Assembly: GCA_964635905.1 (NCBI GenBank)
Contig: CAZWPK010000002.1
Span: 13,621 to 77,620 of the forward strand
Direction: 5' to 3'
From: an uncultured Pseudomonadales bacterium
Lineage (GTDB): Bacteria; Patescibacteriota; Microgenomatia; UBA1400; UBA12028
Length of the DNA stretch: 64,000 nt
Made by a program: the position numbers and the translations under genes. Below are positions 57,054 through 64,000 of this stretch, piece after piece (positions within the stretch are counted from its first letter, which is position 1; each line of letters starts with the position of its first letter). A model generated the notes under the pieces. It was not told the origin of the DNA and did no database searches. It worked only from the letters and a program-made list of their open reading frames with translations.

Positions 57054-58515
57054 AAAGCTCCTCAGCAAAGTACAGCGCAGCGATATCCTCATTCTACTTA
57101 TTATTGCAGTAGTAGCTTTCTATCTTCGTAGTCAAAACTTTTCTCAATCGATCGCTTTTGACAGCGATTTCGGTAGAGATTCACTGTTTGCATTACGAAT
57201 CATGCGCGGAGACTTCACGTTACTTGGACCACAAGCCAGTGTTGGAGGGTTCTATCTTGCTCCACTCTATTTTTACGAAATTGCAGCCATTTACTCGGTG
57301 GTAGGCTTACACCCTCCCGCGATGATTGTTACGTTTATTGCGATGGGTGTCCTGACCGTGCTTCTAGGGTTCATTGTTCTTTCGCGACATGTGTCGAGAC
57401 TTGCAGGCATACTGTTTGCCCTCGTGTCCCTTACCCATCCGGCACTGGTTGTTGCTAGCCGAACGGCAACAAATCAACCCATGATGCCGCTAGTCACCGT
57501 GCTTTTCTTTGGGGTGTATCTGGAAGCTATTAAACGACAACGCTTTCGTTGGTTTTTCATCGCAGGGATCGTGTATGGTTTGTTTTTTCATGTTCACTTT
57601 AGCGCTTTATTACTCCTACCCGCAATTGGACTCTTACTCCTCCATCAGACACGAGGGAAACTGAAACGTAAAATAGTTGCGGCTGTAGTATTTTCCGTGG
57701 GGATCATCGTGATGATTAGTCCCCTAATCGTCTTTGACTTGAGTCATCAACTGATTACCTCCAAGGCTTTCCTTGCGTATGTGTTAGATTCAGCCGCTGG
57801 AAAGGGCATTGCCTCCAATCATCCGCATCTCTCAATTCCTGAGAAACTAGAACGCATTGTCAGTTTTACACTGCCGCAACGAATCCTTGCTGTTGCCATC
57901 CTAGTGCTTTTGGGAATTGGACTTCGCATTCGACGAAAAGTACTCGCACAAAACCTTACCATTTTTACCCTGACGCTGTCGTCGTTAGGAAGCATCGTCA
58001 TGTTAGTGCTCTATAGTGGGTATTTGTATGACTACTATTTATTAATCCCCACGACGCTATTCCTGCTTTGGATTGCTGCAATGGCTTCCAAAGTTCGACC
58101 CTCAGCTATTCTCGTCGGATTAATTGTTACCCTTTCCATAGTCCAGTGGAAAAGTCTTCGCTTCCCTGAAATTTTCCGAACGCAGGAAAATATTCAAATT
58201 GTAGTAGATAGAATTCAAAACGACATAGACGCGACTCAACCGACCTCTTTTACCGTGTTTAAAGATAGTTCTGATCGACTGACAGGTATTGGCTATGAGT
58301 ATCGCTTCCTGTTAGAAAAAGATGGGTATCATCCAGTCTTTGAACAATCGTATGAAAAAGCGAACGTTCTCTATTACATTCAAGAGGAAGGAAACAAAGA
58401 CCCTTTAGTCTCTACCAACTGGGAGACAACACAGTTTGGAGCCACTAAAAAAGAGCTTCTCGATCGGGTCCAAACGAAACGTGGAATTGTGGCTGTCTAT
58501 CGGCTGACGCGGTAG
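57040..58515 (+). CDS. ArnT-like GT-C membrane glycosyltransferase
   Basis: F..DFGRD, LLGP, P..FY, SR...N and H; multiple TMs; overlaps the epimerase stop. Confidence 0.82.
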   Translation: MRKLRKLLSKVQRSDILILLIIAVVAFYLRSQNFSQSIAFDSDFGRDSLFALRIMRGDFTLLGPQASVGGFYLAPLYFYEIAAIYSVVGLHPPAMIVTFIAMGVLTVLLGFIVLSRHVSRLAGILFALVSLTHPALVVASRTATNQPMMPLVTVLFFGVYLEAIKRQRFRWFFIAGIVYGLFFHVHFSALLLLPAIGLLLLHQTRGKLKRKIVAAVVFSVGIIVMISPLIVFDLSHQLITSKAFLAYVLDSAAGKGIASNHPHLSIPEKLERIVSFTLPQRILAVAILVLLGIGLRIRRKVLAQNLTIFTLTLSSLGSIVMLVLYSGYLYDYYLLIPTTLFLLWIAAMASKVRPSAILVGLIVTLSIVQWKSLRFPEIFRTQENIQIVVDRIQNDIDATQPTSFTVFKDSSDRLTGIGYEYRFLLEKDGYHPVFEQSYEKANVLYYIQEEGNKDPLVSTNWETTQFGATKKELLDRVQTKRGIVAVYRLTR

Positions 58516-58526
58516 AGATTGTCAGA

Positions 58527-58955
58527 TTACGATCGTTTCACTCTGGTGGCAATGTAGTTTCGCAATATGTCCAAGATTGTGTGTTGATGAACGGAATACA
58601 CTGTATCCACCCCGTCGGGAATCATTATTTCTCCCTCAAGTGAAGTTAACCCAACGACTGGAAGTTTACTGATTTCAGGTCGTTGAGCTTTGTAGAAAGA
58701 AACTGGCTTTGGGATATCGTAGATGGGTTTTGCATTTGGCAACTCGTAACGGGGATATATTCCGTTTAGAAAATCAATATCGATAACTAGAGCATCAATT
58801 CCCCAATTGGGATCTTGAGAAAATAGTATATTGTTCATTAAATAGACATACGTAGCAGGAACTCCAAACGTGGATCCTTGAAATCGATGATCTTTTTTCA
58901 CTCTCTGCTGGAATTCGAACCTCTCAACACCTTCAATAAACAGTACTTTGGTCAT
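58527..58955 (-). CDS. Hypothetical protein, possible degenerate receiver domain
   Basis: KVLFIE...DALVIDID...LPVVGLTS...GVDTV pattern. Confidence 0.55.
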   Translation of the reverse strand: MTKVLFIEGVERFEFQQRVKKDHRFQGSTFGVPATYVYLMNNILFSQDPNWGIDALVIDIDFLNGIYPRYELPNAKPIYDIPKPVSFYKAQRPEISKLPVVGLTSLEGEIMIPDGVDTVYSVHQHTILDILRNYIATRVKRS

Positions 58956-58970
58956 ATTGGTTCTTTAGTA

Positions 58971-59801
58971 TTATTCAACACCTACCATTTCTCGCTTTAA
59001 TCGGCTGACTTCAAAACATAATAAGAAATAATAGAATGCTTGAAAAAATGCCCACTTCCATAACCGCAAGCCTTCTGTAGGAAAGGAAAGAATGAGAGCC
59101 CCCGCAAGAAAGTAGATAAAAATAAATGGGGCGATCCAAAAGTCATAGCGTTTAATCCACTCCAAATGTTTTGGTAATAAACTGCTATTCCATTGAAATT
59201 GTGGGATTTGGTCTACCGGAGTTAATATCTGCTTTGCGTGGATAGAAAGCCACTTGGTGTGTTTGGTGGAAAATGTTTTCCAGGTATTGTTGTCATACGT
59301 TGGTCGGTGACAGAGTTCGAAGTCTACCAACTTCAGGCGTCCCCTTGGAGTCCAATCAGTATGTTGGATACCCAAATACCGCATGCATGATTTCTTCACC
59401 ACTCCAATTCGATGCGGCCATTTCTTGGTAATGTTTTTCTTTCCGTCCCAGAATCGCCATAAAAAGAAATAGGCATCTGCTTCATCCGAATTCACAAGAA
59501 TTCTCAAGTTCTTTTGCAGATCATGGGATAAATACTCATCCGGATCAATGACCAGTATCCATTTACCTTTGGCTTCTTTGAATTGCGTCGCTCGATGAGG
59601 CTCTGCAAAACCTAGTGCTTTAGCCTGTGTAATCACGCATCCATATTTTTTAGCAATCGTAAGGGTGTTATCGTCACAAGGTCCATCATGGGTTAGTAGA
59701 ATTTCATCGCAAACCTTGTAAATACTTTTCAAACATTTCTCAATTTGATAGCCGTCATTATGAGTCACAATACAAGCAGAAATAGTAGACTCAGTGAACA
59801 T
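58971..59801 (-). CDS. GT2 glycosyltransferase
   Basis: ISACIVTHN, CLKSI, DNT..IA and WILVIDPDE. Confidence 0.85.
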   Translation of the reverse strand: MFTESTISACIVTHNDGYQIEKCLKSIYKVCDEILLTHDGPCDDNTLTIAKKYGCVITQAKALGFAEPHRATQFKEAKGKWILVIDPDEYLSHDLQKNLRILVNSDEADAYFFLWRFWDGKKNITKKWPHRIGVVKKSCMRYLGIQHTDWTPRGRLKLVDFELCHRPTYDNNTWKTFSTKHTKWLSIHAKQILTPVDQIPQFQWNSSLLPKHLEWIKRYDFWIAPFIFIYFLAGALILSFPTEGLRLWKWAFFQAFYYFLLCFEVSRLKREMVGVE

Positions 59802-59804
59802 ATT

Positions 59805-60131
59805 CTATGTGCGCGGTACTTTATATGTGTACGCTCCATTGTTGAGCAAATAGTCCTTTATAACTCCTGCTCTTTCATCAAAAAAATCCTCAACAAAGTG
59901 CGATCCTAGATTGGTAACCACCCTTTCTCGAAGTTCATCGACATCAAAGTATCCATTTTCTAAGACGCACCAGATCATAAAATATCCATACCAAGTATAA
60001 GATTTTCCTCGTACTTCAGGGGCTGTATGGATCACATCTATGCCCATTCTTTGACCATATTCTTCTAGCTTATTAGTAAGTAAAGCTCTTCTCGTCTCTG
60101 TTAATGGAATTCTTTCAGCACCTTCAGCCAT
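59805..60131 (-). CDS. Small hypothetical protein
   Basis: 108-aa ORF with an AAGGA SD; fills the gap. Confidence 0.6.
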   Translation of the reverse strand: MAEGAERIPLTETRRALLTNKLEEYGQRMGIDVIHTAPEVRGKSYTWYGYFMIWCVLENGYFDVDELRERVVTNLGSHFVEDFFDERAGVIKDYLLNNGAYTYKVPRT

Positions 60132-60165
60132 ACTTTATTTCCTTTTATAACTGTACACATTGGTT

Positions 60166-61290
60166 TCAGTAGTTTAATTCTTTTTTTTCTATAAAAAAAT
60201 CACGAACACTTTTAATCACTGTTTGAACTTGCCTATCAGTCATTTCTGCATACATTGGAAGACTCAGTTCATGGGTAGCAAGATATTCACTAACCGGAAA
60301 GTCACCTTTTCCATGCAGTAACTCTGCATAGGCTTTTTGTAAGTGAATTGGCACTGGATAATGAATCTGAGCACTGATTCCTTTTTCCGAAAGATGCTGC
60401 TGCAATTTGTCACGCTTAGGTGTCAGAATTGCATAAATATGGAACACATGGGTCCTATTCTTATCGGTAACCGGTAGGGTTATCGGTAGGTTTGCCAGCC
60501 CTTGTGCATATATCGTTGCAATTTCTTGTCGACGGGAATTCCAACCGTCAAGATGTGGAAGCTTTACCCGTAAGATCGAGGCTTGTAGGGTATCAAGTCT
60601 ACTGTTCGTTCCTTTCACCAAATGATGGTATTTCTTTTTTTGACCATAGTTGTGAAGCAATGTCACGCGGTCAAAGAGTTTCTTGTTATTGGTTGTCACA
60701 GCTCCGCCATCGCCATAGGCACCCAGGTTCTTCCCTGGATAAAAACTAAACGCCGCAATGTCACCAATTCCACCCACACGTTTTCCTTTGTACGCTGCAC
60801 CATGCGCTTGGCACGCGTCCTCTACAATGAACAGCTTATGCTCCTTAGCAATTTTAAGTAGCGGTGTCATATCGGCTGGCTGACCGTACAGATGGACCGG
60901 CATGATCGCTTTTGTCTTTACAGTGATCGCTCGAACCACGTATTCAGGATCCATATTGTAGTTTTGATCATCGGCATCAACGAGTACTGGTGTTGCTCCG
61001 ACATACGAGACCGCCAATGCCGTCGCGATGAACGTGTTGGCGGGAACGATGACTTCATCTCCTGGACCAATTTCCAAGGCGCGCAATGCCAAAATAAGTG
61101 CCTCTGTACCAGAAGAAACTGCCACGGTATGTTTCACTCCACAATAGGCTGAAAATTCTTGTTCAAAACGTGTCACATCCTCACCTAAGATGAATTGTGT
61201 GGATCCAACCAAGTCTAAAATGGCTTGATCCATTTCCTTTTTGAGTGTCTGATATTGGGCTTTTAGGTCAACGAATGGAATCGCTTGCAT
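60166..61290 (-). CDS. DegT/DnrJ/EryC1/StrS sugar aminotransferase (WbpE/FdtB-like)
   Basis: IPFVDL, PVHLYG, EDACQAHG, SFYPGKNLG and NSRLD; start revised to 61290. Confidence 0.93.
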   Translation of the reverse strand: MQAIPFVDLKAQYQTLKKEMDQAILDLVGSTQFILGEDVTRFEQEFSAYCGVKHTVAVSSGTEALILALRALEIGPGDEVIVPANTFIATALAVSYVGATPVLVDADDQNYNMDPEYVVRAITVKTKAIMPVHLYGQPADMTPLLKIAKEHKLFIVEDACQAHGAAYKGKRVGGIGDIAAFSFYPGKNLGAYGDGGAVTTNNKKLFDRVTLLHNYGQKKKYHHLVKGTNSRLDTLQASILRVKLPHLDGWNSRRQEIATIYAQGLANLPITLPVTDKNRTHVFHIYAILTPKRDKLQQHLSEKGISAQIHYPVPIHLQKAYAELLHGKGDFPVSEYLATHELSLPMYAEMTDRQVQTVIKSVRDFFIEKKELNY

Positions 61291-61936
61291 ACACGCTCCT
61301 GTAGTGTTCATACGGTTGATGATGTTGTCCGCACCGGGTACAAATAATTTCTTCCACAAATTTGATTACTTTTGCGGGATTTCCCACTGCAACGGTAAAC
61401 TCTGGGACAGATTTGGTCACCACACTTCCGGCTCCAATCACTGCGCCATTTCCAATAACAACGTGTGGAAGAATGGTACTGTTTGCTCCAATAATTGCAC
61501 CATCGCCGATTGTAGCACCTTGCCAGCATTCCGAAAAATCAGGGGGCATAACTGGATGGGGATCATCTGTACAGACAGCATGGGGGCCAAAGAACACATG
61601 GTTCCCTATCTTCGTTTTTTCAATAAAGGACCCGACATGCAAACGCACATCATTCCCAATATGATTGTCATAATTGATCACCGCATTGGCCCAAACACAG
61701 ACATTGTCTCCAATGGTATTTTGTTCGCGGATGAAGACGTGAGGACCTGTCTGAAAGTTATTCCCAATTGTTACACCGGCGCAAATAATGGTGTACGCCC
61801 GAATGACAGCATTCTCTCCGATGATGGTGGGAAGTTCTCCATCGCGCTTGCCATGGGGCGGCCTTCCAATCACCGCACCTTCCTCAATCACAGCGCCTTT
61901 GCCCACTACAACATTTTCAAAAATAACTGTATCCAT
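61268..61936 (-). CDS. Hexapeptide-repeat sugar N-acetyltransferase (WbpD-like)
   Basis: Left-handed beta-helix repeats, TDD.HP, IGAGSVVTK and GNPAK. Confidence 0.85.
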   Translation of the reverse strand: MDTVIFENVVVGKGAVIEEGAVIGRPPHGKRDGELPTIIGENAVIRAYTIICAGVTIGNNFQTGPHVFIREQNTIGDNVCVWANAVINYDNHIGNDVRLHVGSFIEKTKIGNHVFFGPHAVCTDDPHPVMPPDFSECWQGATIGDGAIIGANSTILPHVVIGNGAVIGAGSVVTKSVPEFTVAVGNPAKVIKFVEEIICTRCGQHHQPYEHYRSVYASDSIR

Positions 61937-61939
61937 ACG

Positions 61940-62938
61940 TTAAATCTCAATACTAGCACCCTTCGATTGAAGCGATTCTTGAGCGGCTTCTAAGACTCTG
62001 ACTAATTTAACACCATCCACTGCCGTTGATTGCTCAAGCTTTCTCGTCTGCAGGGCAGTAAGAAAACACTGGACGGCATCACGTAAGGGCTCGTTTGAAG
62101 GGATGTACGGAGTCGTGATGTCTCCATTTCGCACAACGAGGTGTAACTTTGCAAAATTTGGATCAGTTTGCGTTTGTACTCCCTTATCAAAAAATGTGAG
62201 CTTTTCAGATACCATATCGTCGAAGGCTGCCATTTTTTGATCACCGACGAGTGTTAATTTGCGCACTTTAACCGGATCAATCCAAGAACAAGAAAGATTG
62301 AAAAGTATTTTATTTGGAAACTCCAGCGTGAGAAAGACGACGTCTTCTTTATCTTTTTGAAAATATGATTTCCCTACTGCGGACACTCGTTTTGCTTGGG
62401 TTCCAAATAGATATTGGGCAACATAGATAAAATGGGGTAAATCCCACATTGCAGAGACATCGTATCGAATTGGACCAAGGGCGTTGTATTGTCCATGCGC
62501 ATACAATATTTTTCCTAGCTTCCCTGAATCAATTTCTTTTTTTAGTGTCTGCACCGAGCGATTAAAGACAAAGGTATGATCTACCATGAGAATTCGCTTG
62601 AGTTTTTTTGCGAGAGCCACGAGCTCCTCACCTTGTGCTGCTGTGGTTGTGATCGGTTTTTCAACGAGCACATCTTTGCCAGCTTCTAAAAACTGTTTCA
62701 CAAGCTCAAAATGTGTCTGAGCTGGAGTCACAATAATCACGGCATCCACGCTGTCGTCGTTTAAAAGATCAGAGACTTTTGTAGTTGTCTTCACCGTTGG
62801 GTAGGCTTTCTTCATTCGGGAGAGCGCTTGTGCGTTCAAATCAGCGCACCAGGAGAAATCGACAGAATCTATTGCTGAAAGAATTCGAGCATAGTTTGGT
62901 CCCCAATATCCAACTCCTACGATCCCAATAGACTTCAT
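61940..62938 (-). CDS. Gfo/Idh/MocA oxidoreductase (WbpB-like)
   Basis: VGVGYWG, TP..TH, VLVEKP and DL.H. Confidence 0.88.
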   Translation of the reverse strand: MKSIGIVGVGYWGPNYARILSAIDSVDFSWCADLNAQALSRMKKAYPTVKTTTKVSDLLNDDSVDAVIIVTPAQTHFELVKQFLEAGKDVLVEKPITTTAAQGEELVALAKKLKRILMVDHTFVFNRSVQTLKKEIDSGKLGKILYAHGQYNALGPIRYDVSAMWDLPHFIYVAQYLFGTQAKRVSAVGKSYFQKDKEDVVFLTLEFPNKILFNLSCSWIDPVKVRKLTLVGDQKMAAFDDMVSEKLTFFDKGVQTQTDPNFAKLHLVVRNGDITTPYIPSNEPLRDAVQCFLTALQTRKLEQSTAVDGVKLVRVLEAAQESLQSKGASIEI

Positions 62939-62988
62939 AAGTTCTTGAAGTGTAGTACTGGTCGTAAAGTTTGCAAAGAGGCAATCAA

Positions 62989-64000
62989 TTACCCATTAAA
63001 AAATTTAAATTCTAGATAGGCTCCAGCCCGAAGCAAAAAAGAACAACATTTCCCACTAACCGTGGCTGGAAGCACAGAACTGGATAGTCGTGAATTTTTT
63101 TTATAGTTTGAAACAAACGTTTGATATTCCCTCGACTCTAGAGTAATCAAGTGGTTCGAGGTCAGCTCTCCCATTGCCACACGTAAAACCTGTTCAAAAA
63201 GTTTAACAATACTCTTGCCCTCGATATTGGTATTAACCATAGTGTTAGCCGTATTGCCAAGTTTTTTTCGTAACGACTCTTTTGTTGCTAACTTCTCTAT
63301 GGCCTCATTCCATTCACTATTATTTCGAACAATCAAACCAGATTTAGTATGGATCACCTGCTCCACTTGGCCATTATCACAGTGGGGAGTCGGATTTGTG
63401 ATGATGGGCTTTCCCCAGTACATCCCCTCATTGATCGCATTGGAGCATCCTTCTCCAATTTTGACACTATGGGCGATGACATCCGTACACTGCATGAGCT
63501 CGAATAATTCTCGATCACTGGAAGTGGGAGAAAGAATCTTAAGATTTGATGAGATGCTTGGATCAAGAAAAGTTAACAATGCAAAGAGGAAGCGTCGCGA
63601 TCTTGGCATTCCTACAATCAGAAATTTAATGGTAGGATGATGTAAGTGTCGTAGCATTGCTTCCGTTAGACCATCACCCCATTTCACAATATCGTTGCGG
63701 CCAAATCTCCCAAAGATTACATCGGAAGGTTTAAATCCAAGGCTAGCTCGTTTAAAGCGTCGTTCCTCCGCTGTCAACGTAAAGCTTCGCAAATGTTCTC
63801 CATGCACTGGGTTTGGAAGAACCACATATTTTTTTGAGCTGTGTTTTCGATCGGTAAGCTGACGTTCAAACTTATACAACATAAACTTGGTTTGAAAAAC
63901 AACGACATCACACAAATCATCCATTTGTTTATCTACATAGGAAAACACATTATTCGCAACAATCGACAGTGCATTTCTCTTCAAAAGGGACAGTAACGCG
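62989..64000 (-). CDS. GT4 glycosyltransferase (5' end outside window)
   Basis: GRFGR.D..K and GEGCSNAINEGM..GKP; frame open to the window edge. Confidence 0.8.
   Translation of the reverse strand, partial: ALLSLLKRNALSIVANNVFSYVDKQMDDLCDVVVFQTKFMLYKFERQLTDRKHSSKKYVVLPNPVHGEHLRSFTLTAEERRFKRASLGFKPSDVIFGRFGRNDIVKWGDGLTEAMLRHLHHPTIKFLIVGMPRSRRFLFALLTFLDPSISSNLKILSPTSSDRELFELMQCTDVIAHSVKIGEGCSNAINEGMYWGKPIITNPTPHCDNGQVEQVIHTKSGLIVRNNSEWNEAIEKLATKESLRKKLGNTANTMVNTNIEGKSIVKLFEQVLRVAMGELTSNHLITLESREYQTFVSNYKKNSRLSSSVLPATVSGKCCSFLLRAGAYLEFKFFNG

Noticed and set aside
1-64000. tRNA/rRNA genes, CRISPR arrays, transposases, integrases, prophage and integron attC sites around orphans
   Set aside because: Intergenic gaps are short, and none showed cloverleaf motifs, spaced repeats, shared flanking repeats or recombinase motifs by eye.

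Overview
Gene-dense bacterial chromosome segment. The compact layout, a DUF4012 gene, truncated MurE/RecO, a homodimeric glyQS, the scarcity of Shine-Dalgarno sites and many orphan genes suggest Patescibacteria (CPR, Microgenomates-like); this is an inference. About 1-9 kb is a fragmented dcw cluster on the minus strand (mraZ-rsmH-ftsL-pbp-[orphan]-murE-yvcK-[orphans]-pgeF-murC). It is followed by a lipoprotein gene, glyQS, a secreted orphan and recO. About 14-64 kb is a very large surface-glycan region with many GT2/GT4 enzymes, about seven GT-C/ArnT/PMT-like membrane transferases, an O-antigen-ligase-like protein, ManC, UDP-xylose synthase-like and UDP-GlcA epimerase-like enzymes and a WbpB/D/E-like trio. 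It is interrupted by an ABC exporter, a PAS kinase with a stand-alone receiver, ruvCAB and a small stress/secreted-protein island. The most striking feature is a minimal glycine T-box riboswitch upstream of glyQS. It has an ultrashort K-turn Stem I carrying a GGC specifier (an architecture known from actinobacterial translational ileS T-boxes), no Stem II, and an antiterminator/intrinsic terminator. Other observations include a switch-like structured RNA between mraZ and rsmH, two divergent cassettes that may make lipid-linked xylose and GalA, a CiaR-like direct-repeat promoter, frequent leaderless-type extended -10 promoters, and a gene broken by one in-frame TAA. No tRNA, rRNA, CRISPR array or mobile element was seen. 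All assignments are by eye from motifs; no searches were run.
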